Positions 48,351 through 59,941 of a stretch of DNA of 64,000 bases are shown piece by piece. The notes under the pieces were generated by a model. That model had not been told where the DNA came from. It searched no databases and worked only from the letters and a program-made list of their open reading frames with translations. Source of the DNA: an uncultured Barnesiella sp. (lineage in GTDB: Bacteria > Bacteroidota > Bacteroidia > Bacteroidales > Barnesiellaceae_A); assembly GCA_944321085.1 (NCBI GenBank), contig CALUJY010000005.1:40123-104122 (forward strand), written 5' to 3'. Position numbers and translations under genes: made by a program. How positions within the stretch are numbered: position 1 is the stretch's first letter; every line of letters starts with the position of its first letter.

Positions 48351-48599
48351 ATGTGCCTATTTAGAGGGCTTCTCTTGCCTATTATATTTCTTGTATTTAT
48401 ACTTCCCGTGATATTATTTATGTCGTTGGGCAGAAATTTCGTTTCGTGGCGTAATCGTGATAAAAAACCTCGCAATCCGTCGTGTAGTACCGAGGGGGAG
48501 CAAACAGCATATCAAGATAATATAGCCGATGAGCCTATCGACCCGGCCAAGATAGAGTATATCGATTTTGAGGAGGTGAAAAACGACGATAAATCGTAA
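48351..48599 (+). CDS. small membrane protein (DUF4834-like)
   Basis: N-terminal TM (LLLPIIFLVFILPVILFM). The acidic C-terminus has 'IEYIDFEEVKND', a pattern I associate with DUF4834. Start chosen at the internal ATG. Confidence 0.5.
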   Translation: MCLFRGLLLPIIFLVFILPVILFMSLGRNFVSWRNRDKKPRNPSCSTEGEQTAYQDNIADEPIDPAKIEYIDFEEVKNDDKS

Positions 48600-49095
48600 A
48601 GGTCTCTTTTGTGAATTGATTTTTACCCCTACGGCGAGGTGCCGGTTGCTGACAAGCTGCCGTATATGATTTCGCAATCAGTGGCGGCATGACGTTTATG
48701 ACGCTCCTATAACTGAATAGTTATAGGATTGTGCCGAGGTATGTCGTGAGGGATAATCCGTGAATATGTTTTTGTATCGTGACAGCGTATGCAATGGCAT
48801 GTGCGGTAGAGTTACTCAACCCGAAGTAGTCCCCGATTATAATGCCGTAGCCCCCAAAATAGAAAAATTGAAGAGTCCAAAACGCTATTCAGTGTCGTAT
48901 GTGGCAGGGCTTTTCCCTTGTTCAGACTGACAGAATTTTATGTCTGAGCATTAAATCCATCGATTTCTTTCATTGCCCCAATCCGGACTAAATTAGCCCT
49001 CGTCAGGTCGTTTTTGCCGATTACGAGGATTTTCTACTATTTTCATCCTGAATTTTGTCGACTAGGCCCCCAATTTAGATGATGTATAAAATACA

Positions 49096-49129
49096 ACGAA
49101 CGCCTTACAGTGTATTGTAAGGCGTTCGT
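49096..49129 (-). terminator. hairpin 3' of tRNA-Ala
   Basis: 14-bp perfect stem ACGAACGCCTTACA / TGTAAGGCGTTCGT with a 6-nt loop. A T-rich tract follows on the - strand. Confidence 0.6.
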
Positions 49130-49151
49130 GAAATTAGATAGTGTCTTTTTG

Positions 49152-49225
49152 TGGAGTATAGCGGACTCGAACCGCTCACCTCAACACTGCCAGTGTTGCG
49201 CTCTAGCCAGATGAGCTAATACCCC
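49152..49225 (-). tRNA. tRNA-Ala (anticodon GGC)
   Basis: The reverse complement reads GGGGTATTAGCTCATCTGGCTAGAGCGCAACACTGGCAGTGTTGAGGTGAGCGGTTCGAGTCCGCTATACTCCA. It has the G3:U70 identity pair, anticodon loop CTGGCAG and the T-loop GGTTCGAGTCC. The TACCTTTG promoter motif (complement of 49244-49251) lies upstream. Confidence 0.9.
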
Positions 49226-49447
49226 TTAGCGTTTTTAGTGCTGCAAAGGTAATAGCTTTTTACCGTTTATGCAACAAAAAACGGTATAATTTTTATCGTT
49301 ATTTTGTATGCATATTGCGCAATGCTGTTTATGTTTGAGTCAAATCATTGTCGTATAGTACATTCCGTTGCCGTTAGGCGGGTGAGAAAGTCGAGAGAAC
49401 TCTGTGTTATGGCGCGTCGTTTGTGAAAAACGGTCAGTGGTACGCTA

Positions 49448-50539
49448 TTACTCTTGCACAAAAGGTTTCAATCCTTTTACAGCTTCGGCTGCGGTAATAC
49501 GTTTGCCACCGTTGTCCAAATCGATAAGTACATACCGGTCGTTTCCCATGCCGAGCTCTTTCATGTATGAAAGCTGGCGCAGCCCGTGTCGTGTTTCTAT
49601 GCGTTCTACCAAGTCGTGATGTTCGGCTTCGGTCATGGCATATACGAGGTCTATGCACGCTTGGTCGATGGCTAAAATATCGGTCGATGAGAGTATGCCC
49701 ACGTTCGGGGTTACTACGGGTGCAGCATTTATACCCTCGCAATCGCACGAGACCGACATGTTGCGCATGACGTTGATATACGTCACGTGCTTGCCGAAAT
49801 AGTCTATTACCGATTTTGTCGATTCCGTCATGCGTTCCATAAACTCCTCTTTGGCAATATCCCACTGGTTGTCTTGTCCCGGCGTGGTGTGTATCCAAGC
49901 CTTGCCTATACGACCGTCGGCACAGCCGATGCCGATGTTCTTGTTGCTGCCGCCAAATCCGCCTTGTGTGTGGCCTTTGAAGTGGGTGAGGGTCAGCAGC
50001 GAGTTGTAACGGGTCAGGTGGCTGCCTACCGACATTTTGTCGAACCATTTACCTCCGTTTACGGGCAGCGTGAGGGTATCTTCTTCATCGATGATATCGA
50101 CAGGGCAGAAAGTCCAACCGTTTATTTGCAAGGTCTGTCGGTGTTGTTCGGTCGTGTAGCGGTCGCCCGTGTAGTAGGTGTTGGTCTCTATGATATGGGC
50201 ATCGGGCAGCTCTTTTTCTATCAGAGCTTTCACCCATTCTCGCGGGATGATGTTAGGGCCGTTGGGCTCACCGGTGTGTAGCTTCACGCCTACGCTTCCA
50301 GTCATATTGGCGCACACCTGTTCGTAGGCTTTGATAAGACCTTCGGGACTCAGGTCGCGTGTAAAGTAAACAATCGATTCGTTACCTGTACGATTTTCGT
50401 AGGGCACATACTTGCTTCCATCTTGTGGAGTGTTGCTTTCTTTTTGTTCGGTCGGTCGGTGCAGGGTCTGTGCAAAGGCTACCGCTCCGGCTACTATCGC
50501 ACCTGCAATCACAGCATTTGTTACATGTTTCATTGTCAA
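49448..50539 (-). CDS. DUF362-like protein (secreted/anchored)
   Basis: N-terminal hydrophobic segment, then 'VGVKLHTGEPNGPN', 'THFKGHTQGGFGGSNKNIGIGCADG' and 'SVSCDCEG…', patterns I associate with DUF362 family proteins. Confidence 0.65.
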   Translation of the reverse strand: MTMKHVTNAVIAGAIVAGAVAFAQTLHRPTEQKESNTPQDGSKYVPYENRTGNESIVYFTRDLSPEGLIKAYEQVCANMTGSVGVKLHTGEPNGPNIIPREWVKALIEKELPDAHIIETNTYYTGDRYTTEQHRQTLQINGWTFCPVDIIDEEDTLTLPVNGGKWFDKMSVGSHLTRYNSLLTLTHFKGHTQGGFGGSNKNIGIGCADGRIGKAWIHTTPGQDNQWDIAKEEFMERMTESTKSVIDYFGKHVTYINVMRNMSVSCDCEGINAAPVVTPNVGILSSTDILAIDQACIDLVYAMTEAEHHDLVERIETRHGLRQLSYMKELGMGNDRYVLIDLDNGGKRITAAEAVKGLKPFVQE

Positions 50540-50800
50540 TAGATTGTTATATTTCTGATTACAAAAATAGTGCTATATATTTTTCTCTCGTGTAATACAA
50601 TAACTGAAAAATATACCACAATTACATTATTTCCATCGGACATAGGTGTAATATGGAGCTCTTCTCAACCCCTGTATTAGGAACGAACTCTTTTAGAAAA
50701 AAATGTGGTAGTATCTTCTATTGTTTGTTTCTTCTTATTTATTGAACTAACTTTGTAGCCATTCTTACAATAGTGGGGAAATTGCCAAAATATTGGGCTT

Positions 50801-51109
50801 ATGTTTATTTATAATACGACCTTTCATATCGATAGAGAGTGCTACAACGAATTTGTCGCTTGGTTGCGTGACGTATATATTCCGATAACCGTGCGGCATG
50901 GAGCGTTGAGCCAACCGCGGCTTGCCCGTATCATCGTAGATGAAAAAGAGAAGGGCGAGAATGTTGCGTTGCAGTTCTTCGTTGCCCGGCTCGAAGATTT
51001 GTCGCGTTGGTACTCGGCGCACGGTGATGCGTTGATTCAAGAGTTACGCGAGAAGTTCGGCCGGCGTGTTGTGGGTTTCTCTACTATTATGGAGCATCTC
51101 GAAGTATAA
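50801..51109 (+). CDS. DUF4286-like small protein
   Basis: 102 aa starting '[13 protein letters not shown]…[11 protein letters not shown]…'. Its position immediately upstream of ruvC is common in Bacteroidetes. Confidence 0.6.
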   Translation: MFIYNTTFHIDRECYNEFVAWLRDVYIPITVRHGALSQPRLARIIVDEKEKGENVALQFFVARLEDLSRWYSAHGDALIQELREKFGRRVVGFSTIMEHLEV

Positions 51110-51119
51110 TTTCGTATTC

Positions 51120-51758
51120 ATGACAGAGCGGATTTCTGTTCCTAAGCGTACGGCGGCCGAACGTATCATCATCGGTATCGACCCCGGTACTCACATCATG
51201 GGATATGGTGTGCTACGTGTTTGTGCAGGAGTGCCGTCGCTTGTGGCTATGGGGGTTATAGAGTTGAACCGTTTCGATAGCCACTACTTGCGCTTGCGTC
51301 GCATATACGAGCGCGTGTCGGGGCTTATTGCACAATATTTGCCCGATGAAATGGCGATAGAGGCTCCCTTCTTCGGCAAGAATGTGCAGTCGATGCTCAA
51401 ATTGGGCAGGGCGCAAGGTGTAGCCATGGCGGCAGCTCTGTCGCGCGATATTCCTATATGCGAATATGCCCCGTTGAAGATAAAAATGACCATTACGGGC
51501 AACGGACAGGCGTCGAAAGAACAGGTCGCCGAGATGTTGCGCCGCATATTGCACATACCCGCCGAAAGTATGTTGCCGCAATTAGATGCCACCGATGGTT
51601 TGGCGGCGGCATTATGCCATTATTACGAGACGTCGCGTCCGATTGCTTCTCATAACAGAAGTAGTAATTGGAAAGATTTTATAGCCAAAAATCCTGATAA
51701 GGTAGTGCAGCGCGCCGTCCCTCGTCACAATACCCTAACCGACGAAAAAGAAGAATGA
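51120..51758 (+). CDS. ruvC: crossover junction endodeoxyribonuclease RuvC
   Basis: '[17 protein letters not shown]' (catalytic Asp), '[14 protein letters not shown]', '[22 protein letters not shown]' and '[12 protein letters not shown]'. Start at the internal ATG 51120. Confidence 0.9.
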   Translation: MTERISVPKRTAAERIIIGIDPGTHIMGYGVLRVCAGVPSLVAMGVIELNRFDSHYLRLRRIYERVSGLIAQYLPDEMAIEAPFFGKNVQSMLKLGRAQGVAMAAALSRDIPICEYAPLKIKMTITGNGQASKEQVAEMLRRILHIPAESMLPQLDATDGLAAALCHYYETSRPIASHNRSSNWKDFIAKNPDKVVQRAVPRHNTLTDEKEE

Positions 51759-54700
51759 CTATAAAAGAGCAGCTCGATGATATACTGAGCCACCGTGTGC
51801 TGATACTCGATGGTGCTATGGGCACAATGATACAACGCCGTGCCCTCGATGAAAAAGACTTTCGCGGTACCCGTTTTGCCGATAGCTCCAAGGAGCTGCG
51901 CGGTTGTAACGATGTACTGAATCTTACCGCTCCGCATATAATAGCCGCAATACACGAAGCCTATTTAGCGGCCGGAGCCGATTTGATAGAGACCGATACG
52001 TTCAATGCTAATGCCATATCGCTGGCCGAATACGGGTTGGAAAACCATGTGTGCGAAATAAACCGCACGGCTGCTCGGATAGCACGCTGCGCAGCCGACC
52101 GTTATGTTACACCCGACAAACCGCGTTTTGTGGCCGGCTCGGTAGGCCCTACGGGAAAAACCTGTTCCATGTCGCCTCGTGTCGATGACCCGGCTTTTCG
52201 CGACCTCGATTTCGATACGCTTGTCGCTGCTTATATTGAGCAGATGCGTTCGCTCATAGAGGGCGGGGTCGATGTATTGCTCATAGAAACCGTATTCGAT
52301 ACACTCAATGCCAAGGCTGCTCTTTATGCTGCCGATGAGGCTATGAAGCAGTGCCACCGTTGCCTGCCTATCATGCTGTCGGCTACGTTGACCGAGAGCG
52401 GCCGGCTTCTTTCGGGGCAGACGCTCGATGCTTTTATGGCGTCGGTAAGTCATGCCGGATTGTTCTCGATAGGGCTTAACTGTTCGTTCGGCGCACACGA
52501 AATGCTCCCTCATTTGCGCGAACTTTCGCGTAAAGCATCGTGCTATGTGAGTGCATATCCCAACGCCGGGCTTCCCAATCGACAAGGCGGTTACGATGAA
52601 ACGGCGGCCGAAATGGTTGCTGCCGTGCAAAGCTATTTCGATGAGCGGCTTGTCAATATCGTGGGCGGTTGTTGCGGCACTACGCCCGAGCACATAGCCC
52701 TTATGGAACAGGCTGCCCGCACAGCGTTGCCGCGCATCCCTGCAAGACCGTCGCATCACTTGCAGCTGGCCGGTCTCGAAATGTTGGAGGTGACACCCGA
52801 TAGCAACTTCATCAACATCGGTGAGCGGTGCAATGTGGCAGGTTCGCGCAAGTTCCTGCGCCTGATTCGAGAAAAAAATTACGCCGAGGCGCTATCTGTT
52901 GCGCGTCAGCAGGTAGAGGCGGGGGCACAGGTCTTGGACATCAATATGGACGATGCCATGCTCGATGCCCGCGCCGAGATGGTAACCTTCCTGCGACTTA
53001 TCGCTTCGGAGCCCGAGATATGCCGTATCCCGGTTATGATAGATTCGTCGAAGTGGGAGGTGATAACCGCCGGTCTGAAAGCTATTCAGGGCAAGCCCGT
53101 GGTAAACTCTATCAGCCTCAAAGAGGGCGAGGAGCTTTTTCTCGCACATGCCCGCGAGATAAAGCGGTTGGGTGCGGCTGTGGTAGTGATGGCTTTCGAC
53201 GAACAAGGGCAGGCCGACACGTACGAACGTCGCATCGAGGTGTGTTGCCGAGCCTATCGCCTGCTCACGCAAGAAGCGGGTATATCGCCCGAAGATATTA
53301 TTTTCGACCCCAATATATTGGCCATCGCTACCGGCATAGAAGAGCATCGCAACTATGCCGTAGATTTTATACATGCGGCGCAGTGGATACGTCGCAATCT
53401 GCCCGGCGCGCATGTGAGCGGCGGCATCAGCAATTTGTCGTTTGCCCTCAGAGGTAACAACTACATACGCGAAGCCATGCACGCCGTCATGCTTTATCAT
53501 GCGATAGCTGCCGGCATGGATATGGGCATCGTCAATCCGGCCTCGACGGTCGTCTACGACGATATTCCCGCCGACCTGCTTGTCGTGATAGAGGATGTGG
53601 TTTTGAATCGTCGTCCCGATGCTACCGAACGCCTCATAGAGGCTGCTGCCCGGCTCAAAGAGGTGGCTGTTGACCCTGTCGTTGTGACACAGCATCAGCA
53701 GCTTATAGCCGACCCGGCCGCCCGTCTGGCCGATGCTGTTGTGAGGGGGCGCGATGAACATCTCGACGCTACTTTGCAAGAATTGCTCTCGCAGCATCGT
53801 GCCATAGAGATTATCGACGGTCCCTTGATGCAGGCGATGAGCCGTGTGGGGGCACTCTTCGGCGAAGGGAAAATGTTCCTGCCACAAGTTGTGAAGTCTG
53901 CCCGAACGATGAAACAAGCCGTGGCTTTCTTGCAGCCGTATATAGAACAGGAAAACATATCGTTGGGCAGGGTATCGAAGGGGAAGTTCCTCCTCGCTAC
54001 TGTCAAAGGCGATGTACACGACATAGGCAAGAATATCGCTGCCGTAGTGCTGGCGTGCAATAACTACGAAGTGATAGACTTGGGGGTGATGGTGCCTGCC
54101 GATGTTATCGTGCGTCGTGCATGCGAAGAAAAGGTCGATTTTGTAGGATTGAGCGGACTGATAACCCCTTCGCTCGACGAAATGTGCCATGTCGCTGCCG
54201 AGATGGAACGTGCCGGGTTGGATGTACCTCTCTTTATAGGAGGGGCAACCACGTCGGAGTTACACACCGCTACGCGCATTACTCCGTGCTACTCAGGTCC
54301 TGTTATCCATACGCGCGATGCCTCTCAAAATCCCATTATAGCCGCTCGTTTGGCCGACACAGCCGACCGTGTGCAGTTCCTCGATGAGCTGTACCGCCGT
54401 CGGCAGTCGTTGTGTGAGGTGTCGGCCGCTCCGGCATTGCTCTCTTTGTCCGAGGCCGGTAAAGCACGCTTTACGACCGATTGGGCTGCTTATCATCCGG
54501 TGACACCCCGACATACGGGTGCAGCATCGTATGATGCGATAACAGTGGGCGAAGCTCGGCAGTATATTAATTGGAAGAGCTTTATGGCCGTGTGGAAGAT
54601 AGATGCCTCGCTGGCCGAGATAGCCCATACAGCCCCCGACAATGCCTCTCGCGAGGCTTGGGTGGCCTCTCTGTCGCCCGATAAACGCGATAAGGCCGAG

Positions 54701-55444
54701 GAAGCTGCACGGCTCTACGACGATGCCTGCCGTATGCTCGATGTGTTGCAGCGTGAAGAAAATCACAGTATAGCCATACGCTATGGGCTGTATCGTGCCA
54801 ACAGCGAGGGTAACAATATATGTATTATGCCCGACGGGGGCGCAGAGGTAACGATACCATGCCTCAGACAGCAAGAGCGCAAGCCTCGTCCCGACGCGGC
54901 ATATTATGCCCTGAGCGATTTCGTGATGCCGGCCGAAACCTGTCGCACCGATTATATAGGCGTTTTTGCCGTGACTGCCGGTTGTGCCATAGAGCAGCGA
55001 GCCGTTACTTTGCGAGAGCAAGGCGACAGCTACCAATCCTTGTTGATGCAAGCCCTTGCCGACCGCCTCGCAGAAGCTGCCGCCGAGTTGTTCCATTACA
55101 AGATGAGGACGCAGCTATGGGGATATGCTCCCGACGAAGCGCCGCTCTCCCTGTCGCAGCCTCTCACCGGTAGGGGAATACGTCCCGCTGTGGGTTATCC
55201 CTCGTTGCCCGACCAGTCGCTTATCTTCGAGTTGGATGGCCTGATTGATTTATCCAAGGCCGGTATCGCGCTTACCGAAAACGGTGCAATGCAGCCATCG
55301 GCATCGATTGCGGGCTTGATGATAGCCCATCCCGACTCTCGCTACTTTGCCGTCAACCGCATCGACGATGAGCAGAAAGAGGTCTATTGCCGGCAGCGAG
55401 GTTTTTCGCAAGCCGAAGCCTCGAAATGGCTGTCGGTAGAATGA
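51755..55444 (+). CDS. metH: cobalamin-dependent methionine synthase
   Basis: Hcy-binding ([11 protein letters not shown]), pterin-binding, the B12-binding '[14 protein letters not shown]' (DxHxxG) and AdoMet-activation domains, in 1229 aa. The start overlaps the ruvC stop (ATGA). Confidence 0.97.
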   Translation: MTIKEQLDDILSHRVLILDGAMGTMIQRRALDEKDFRGTRFADSSKELRGCNDVLNLTAPHIIAAIHEAYLAAGADLIETDTFNANAISLAEYGLENHVCEINRTAARIARCAADRYVTPDKPRFVAGSVGPTGKTCSMSPRVDDPAFRDLDFDTLVAAYIEQMRSLIEGGVDVLLIETVFDTLNAKAALYAADEAMKQCHRCLPIMLSATLTESGRLLSGQTLDAFMASVSHAGLFSIGLNCSFGAHEMLPHLRELSRKASCYVSAYPNAGLPNRQGGYDETAAEMVAAVQSYFDERLVNIVGGCCGTTPEHIALMEQAARTALPRIPARPSHHLQLAGLEMLEVTPDSNFINIGERCNVAGSRKFLRLIREKNYAEALSVARQQVEAGAQVLDINMDDAMLDARAEMVTFLRLIASEPEICRIPVMIDSSKWEVITAGLKAIQGKPVVNSISLKEGEELFLAHAREIKRLGAAVVVMAFDEQGQADTYERRIEVCCRAYRLLTQEAGISPEDIIFDPNILAIATGIEEHRNYAVDFIHAAQWIRRNLPGAHVSGGISNLSFALRGNNYIREAMHAVMLYHAIAAGMDMGIVNPASTVVYDDIPADLLVVIEDVVLNRRPDATERLIEAAARLKEVAVDPVVVTQHQQLIADPAARLADAVVRGRDEHLDATLQELLSQHRAIEIIDGPLMQAMSRVGALFGEGKMFLPQVVKSARTMKQAVAFLQPYIEQENISLGRVSKGKFLLATVKGDVHDIGKNIAAVVLACNNYEVIDLGVMVPADVIVRRACEEKVDFVGLSGLITPSLDEMCHVAAEMERAGLDVPLFIGGATTSELHTATRITPCYSGPVIHTRDASQNPIIAARLADTADRVQFLDELYRRRQSLCEVSAAPALLSLSEAGKARFTTDWAAYHPVTPRHTGAASYDAITVGEARQYINWKSFMAVWKIDASLAEIAHTAPDNASREAWVASLSPDKRDKAEEAARLYDDACRMLDVLQREENHSIAIRYGLYRANSEGNNICIMPDGGAEVTIPCLRQQERKPRPDAAYYALSDFVMPAETCRTDYIGVFAVTAGCAIEQRAVTLREQGDSYQSLLMQALADRLAEAAAELFHYKMRTQLWGYAPDEAPLSLSQPLTGRGIRPAVGYPSLPDQSLIFELDGLIDLSKAGIALTENGAMQPSASIAGLMIAHPDSRYFAVNRIDDEQKEVYCRQRGFSQAEASKWLSVE

Positions 55445-55782
55445 ATTTGTTAGGATTGGCGATGCGGCGGCGCAACCTATCACGGAAGTAAGGCCGAAAA
55501 ATCGGCGGCGAAAGGGGGACGTTATGACGCTAAACTCTCCGATTTAGATTTTATCAGTATAATATTATACATCGGCGGCTTGTCTACCTCAATAAGGGGT
55601 GGATAAGCCGTTTCTGCTATGATTTCACATCGTAATCCCTTGCTTTTGCCACAGGTAGAAGGGTTGATATGTTGTGCTGGAACATATAAACATCGGCCGG
55701 GATTGTATAGCAGCAGTGACGCAAATTTATAGAACAGCATAAAAAGGAAATTACCAAAGAAAACTTTCCTGAGATACAACAG

Positions 55783-56265
55783 TTGGAAGCCTTCGTCGGG
55801 GCTCAATTCAAAGTGGGTATATGGCAGCCCAAGGTGAATGCCGGTATCATAAAACAATGGTTGACCATAGACTACGGGGGCGGCAGGATAAATCTCGACA
55901 AGCCGTTAGGGCTTATACAGTGGCAAAACGCCATACACTTGCCCGGTGATATATGGCTGAATGTAGATATGCAGTGGATGAGCGCGGGTAACGGCGAGAA
56001 CGTCTATATGGAATCGACCGCATACCTCAACTGCAAGCTCTACAAGGCATTTTTCAATAACCAATTCAGCATCACCTTCGAGGCTAATGATATACTGAAT
56101 ACCAACAACCGCAACTTTACGTTCTATAACAAAGATGTGACTATCCATAAGGTAAATAGTAACACCAACCGCAGCTTTATGCTTACGTTGCAATATACCT
56201 TCAATACCACACGTGACCGCTATCGTGGGCAAGGCGCTGGGCATAGCGAGATAAACCGTTTCTGA
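55783..56265 (+). pseudogene. C-terminal remnant of an outer-membrane beta-barrel family gene
   Basis: It encodes only the last strands of a barrel ('…FTFYNKDVTIHKVNSNTNRSFMLTLQYTFN…'). The upstream ~300 nt give barrel-like peptides in other frames interrupted by stops. There is no signal peptide or plug. Confidence 0.5.
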
Positions 56266-56517
56266 TACGGACGTAATTCATGCGAGATGCAGCCCCCGGT
56301 GTGATGCCGGGGGCTGCGTTGTTATGCGCTATCGGTTCACGAAAACAGCAGGCTGTCAGAATTTCCAGAAATAAAACGTATATTTGCCATGCGATAGAGA
56401 TACCCTCGGCGGGCATAAAGAAGCCCGGCTACGATAAAAAGAAATTTGGCACTAATGCCGTGCGCACTGATATGTTGCAAGAAATGGAAGTGTGAGGGAT
56501 AAATGTAAATTCGGAAT

Positions 56518-57594
56518 ATGACAGATACCCGTCAAGAAAAAGAGTGTTCCTCCCATAGTCGCGATGTCGACCTCGATATTTATCGCGGTTGCATCATGAT
56601 ATATATCACTTGCTTCATTCATAACATCTATGGCGTGACAAACGCTTATAGCGTTGTGACAAGTTATTTCCTCATAGAGATGCCGCTCATATTCTTCATT
56701 GCCGGGGCGGCGCACTCGTTGGCACGACCGCGACCCTATCTGCAATACCTTTGGGGACGGATAAAACGCATTGTCTTTCCCTACTACATATTGGTAGGTT
56801 TCGTCACATTATACCACCTCATAGTCGATTGCGGAGTAGGAGGCGAAACACCGGCCGATTTCCTGAGCAGTTTTTTGCAAAATGGTTATTACAACATCTT
56901 TACGGGTAGGTTATACGAATTCAACGCCCTGTGGTTTGTCCCCATATATCTTGTTGTGGCGGCATTGTTCCCGGTTATGGATGTCGTGAAGCAATACCTT
57001 CGGCCGGCGTATGCCTATCTGTTGTTGGGCTGTGCTATCGTGGCGATGGCCTTCTTTCCCAATGAGGTACTCTGCTATTCGATATTCGCCTTTGCCGGGC
57101 TCTATTATCGAAAACAGTCGCCCGTAAACCGTTGGGTTATCGTTGCCATATCGCTTCTTATGATAGTCTATTGCGTAGGCAGTCACCGCTACGCTATGGA
57201 TATGCAGGTCAATAAGTTCCCGCCCAACCTCTACTTCTTGGCCTATACCGCCTTGGTACTTGTGATATTGGCAAAGCCCCTTGCGTGGATATGTCGCCGG
57301 CTCTATCAAAGCGCCATTCTCCGACCCTTTATCGACCTCTATGCCCGTTCGGGGTTCACGATATATCTCTATCACGGCTTCAATATTATATGGTTGCAAG
57401 AGTTGTTTCATTATATCGCCATTACTACCCGGCCAACAGTCATAGGCTATGTCGCGCTCTTCGCTTTGGCAAGCCTCGCTCTCTTGCTGAGCAACGCCAT
57501 CCTCGGTATCATCATGCAATATGTAGAGACTCGTATTATCCGGTGCGGCGAAAATATGTGGCATAAAGGCATAACACGATGGATAAAGCATTAA
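56518..57594 (+). CDS. acyltransferase-3 family membrane protein
   Basis: About 10 TM helices. The N-terminal 'DLDIYRGCIMIYITCFIH' resembles the acyltransferase_3 motif. Confidence 0.7.
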   Translation: MTDTRQEKECSSHSRDVDLDIYRGCIMIYITCFIHNIYGVTNAYSVVTSYFLIEMPLIFFIAGAAHSLARPRPYLQYLWGRIKRIVFPYYILVGFVTLYHLIVDCGVGGETPADFLSSFLQNGYYNIFTGRLYEFNALWFVPIYLVVAALFPVMDVVKQYLRPAYAYLLLGCAIVAMAFFPNEVLCYSIFAFAGLYYRKQSPVNRWVIVAISLLMIVYCVGSHRYAMDMQVNKFPPNLYFLAYTALVLVILAKPLAWICRRLYQSAILRPFIDLYARSGFTIYLYHGFNIIWLQELFHYIAITTRPTVIGYVALFALASLALLLSNAILGIIMQYVETRIIRCGENMWHKGITRWIKH

Positions 57595-57720
57595 TCGATT
57601 TATTTCCGCCGTACTATGAGTTTAGGATAAAATCTCTCTGTGCAGAAATATGGCAAGAACCCCGGCTTAAAATTTGCATATCAGAAAACAATGCCCTATA
57701 TTTGCATCCGCAAATGCGAT

Positions 57721-57793
57721 GGTGCCATAGCTCAGATGGTAGAGCAAAGGACTGAAAATCCTTGTGTCCCCGGTTCGATTCCTGGTGGCACCA
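57721..57793 (+). tRNA. tRNA-Phe (anticodon GAA)
   Basis: GGTGCCATAGCTCAGATGGTAGAGCAAAGGACTGAAAATCCTTGTGTCCCCGGTTCGATTCCTGGTGGCACCA, with a 7-bp acceptor stem, anticodon loop CTGAAAA and the T-loop GGTTCGATTCC. TATATTTG at 57697-57704 lies upstream. Confidence 0.92.
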
Positions 57794-57803
57794 CCTGAGA
57801 ATC

Positions 57804-57835
57804 AGAGAGTTACAGAGATGTAGCTCTCTTTTTTT
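57804..57835 (+). terminator. hairpin + T7 run after tRNA-Phe
   Basis: AGAGAGTTA / TAGCTCTCT (1 mismatch), followed by TTTTTTT. Confidence 0.55.
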
Positions 57836-57896
57836 ATTGCTTTTCCCCTTGTTTTAGCCCCAATATACGCAATCTGTGTAAACCAGCGTGTAAACC

Positions 57897-58775
57897 GTGG
57901 GAATTACAGTAAAAGCAGTTTGTTACAAGTCTAAGGTACTTAGTAACAATGAATCACCTCTAATGTTGAGAGTGACAAAAGACAGAAAACGGAAATATGT
58001 CAGTCTTGGCATATCTCTTAATCCTGCACATTGGGACTTTTCCAAAAATGAGCCAAAAGCAGATTGCCCCAATCGTGAGTACATTGAAATGCTCATTGCG
58101 GATAAAATCAAAGAATACTCCGCTAAAATCATTGAGCTTAAAGCAACCAACCAAGAGTTTACCTCCACCTCTCTTGTGGAGAAAGTCTGCGTGAAGCACA
58201 CCAATCGTAAGACAGTGGAGAATGTCTTTCAGGAACACATCACCTCTCTTATAAAGTCAGGTCGTAAAAGCTATGCTTTATCAGTTAAGCAGCTATACAA
58301 CTCCCTTAAAGAATTTTGCCACAGCCTTGATTTCTATTTCTCTGAAATGGATGTGGCTTGGCTGAAACGCTATGAGCAGTTTTTAAGGGAGAAGCGTTTG
58401 GCAGAGAATACCATCGGCATAAGATTTCGTACCCTAAGAGCCATTTATAATGTGGCAATGGAAGAAAATGCTGTTTCAACAGATTGCTATCCATTCAAGA
58501 AGTTCAAAGTTGCAAGGCTTCATCAAGACACTATCAAACGAGCCTTGACAAAAGCGGACATAGAACGTGTGTTGCAATTCCAATCATCTAATCGCTACAT
58601 GAGATTCCCTATTGACATCTTTGCATTCACCTATTATTGTGGTGGCATTAACTTCATAGACATTGCTAACCTATCTGCAAAGGGCTGTGAATGCAACGGA
58701 AGTGGCGGTAGGCATCAACAATGCACTGCATGGAGATACGAAATACGCTTGGTTCTTGGGCTAAGTGCTTATTGA
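57897..58775 (+). pseudogene. tyrosine integrase, 3'-truncated (Arm-binding + SAM-like N-domains only)
   Basis: GTG start. 'KSKVLSNNESPLMLRVTKDRKRKYVSLGISLNPAHWD' (Bacteroidales Arm-type N-domain) and 'LAENTIGIRFRTLRAIYNVA' (SAM-like core-binding). Homology-like sequence stops near aa 262 ('…INFIDIANLSAKG'), followed by 30 unrelated residues. The catalytic R-H-R-Y region is absent. Confidence 0.65.
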
Positions 58776-58867
58776 TTCACTTCTGACAATCGGGCATTCC
58801 TCATTATGGGGAGTGTCCGATTTTTATTCCTGACACTCTTATAAATATAACAATAAACAATACAAAA

Positions 58868-59140
58868 ATGGACATACAGAATACACGTGAATACAAGGCT
58901 GCAAAAGACTTGGAAAGAGCCTTGAATGATTATGGTTGGAATCCTGAAAGGTTTGCCGAAAGTACAAGGTACTTTCATCGTACATTGCAGCAGAATTTAG
59001 TAAGGACTGTTGTTGCCATTATAAGAATGGTGGGCAGTGAGAGCTATGGGACAGACCTTAGAAACAGAGCTTCACATGAGCTTTGTAAAAGGATAGTGGA
59101 AAGTGGTGTGTTGGATGATGCACACTTACCTTTCATCTGA
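58868..59140 (+). CDS. hypothetical 90-aa protein
   Basis: Compact ORF followed by a strong hairpin (GGCAGGACATCCC…GGGTGTCCTTGCC, 59147-59176). No motif recognised. Confidence 0.45.
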   Translation: MDIQNTREYKAAKDLERALNDYGWNPERFAESTRYFHRTLQQNLVRTVVAIIRMVGSESYGTDLRNRASHELCKRIVESGVLDDAHLPFI

Positions 59141-59290
59141 ATATCGGGCAGGACATCCCTTATGGGTGTCCTTGCCTTATTGATACTCACTTTCTCTATT
59201 AGTGAATGTTCCTTTGGTAATCAATGAGTTACAAAATTTACCTCAAAACAAACACTCACTTTTATTCATTTGCCTATAAAACAGAATATT

Positions 59291-59878
59291 ATGTCACTCA
59301 AATACTCCACCACAACAGCAGACTATCTTATTTGGTCTGACGCTATGAATCTAATCAGGAAACTGGCTAAGGACGGCAACTATAAAATCTCCCTCCTTAT
59401 AGCATTGGGCTGTTTCACAGGTCTGCGAATATCTGACATTCTATCTTTAAGGTGGAAGCAGATATTGGATACCTCCGAATTTACCATAACAGAGAAAAAG
59501 ACAGGGAAGCAGAGGACTATCAGGCTCAACCCTCAATTACAGCAGCATATAAAAGAATGCTACGAACATATCAAGCCGATAGGAATCAACGCCCCAATCT
59601 TGGTAAGTCAGAAAGGGACTATCTTCACCGTTCAGAGAATAAACATCATTCTTAAAGAGGTGAAGAAGAAGTACAGGGTGAGAATAGGCAATTTTAGCTG
59701 CCATTCCCTTAGAAAGACTTTCGGCAGACAGGTCTATAACATGAATAGTGAAAACTCTGAATTGGCTTTAGTCAAACTTATGGAGCTTTTCAATCATAGT
59801 TCTGTCGCCATTACGAAACGCTATCTTGGACTAAGGCAGGAAGAACTTTTGAATACATACGATTGCCTTAGCTTTTGA
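59291..59878 (+). CDS. small stand-alone tyrosine recombinase (catalytic domain only)
   Basis: 'GCFTGLRISDIL' (Arg I), 'CHSLRKTFG' (H-x-x-R), 'LFNHSS' (His/Trp position) and 'ITKRYL' (catalytic Tyr). About 195 aa from the internal Met. Confidence 0.85.
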   Translation: MSLKYSTTTADYLIWSDAMNLIRKLAKDGNYKISLLIALGCFTGLRISDILSLRWKQILDTSEFTITEKKTGKQRTIRLNPQLQQHIKECYEHIKPIGINAPILVSQKGTIFTVQRINIILKEVKKKYRVRIGNFSCHSLRKTFGRQVYNMNSENSELALVKLMELFNHSSVAITKRYLGLRQEELLNTYDCLSF

Positions 59879-59885
59879 CTTTGGA

Positions 59886-59941
59886 GAGGTGGAAAATCTT
59901 AAAAATTGGCTCTTATAGGGCTTATTGGGATTTTCCACCTC
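59886..59941. repeat. 13-bp perfect inverted repeat with 30-nt spacer directly after the recombinase gene
   Basis: GAGGTGGAAAATC (59886-59898) / GATTTTCCACCTC (59929-59941). It starts 8 nt after the stop codon. Confidence 0.8.

Noticed and set aside
52892-54190. 432-aa ORF on the - strand (also 51965-52759, 54293-55096 and the + alt-frame 52828-53457)
   Set aside because: These are shadow frames inside metH. A high-GC third-position bias creates long open antisense frames.
55522-55857. 111-aa ORF on the - strand
   Set aside because: It lies antisense to the OM-barrel remnant region, and it has no motif or plausible start context.
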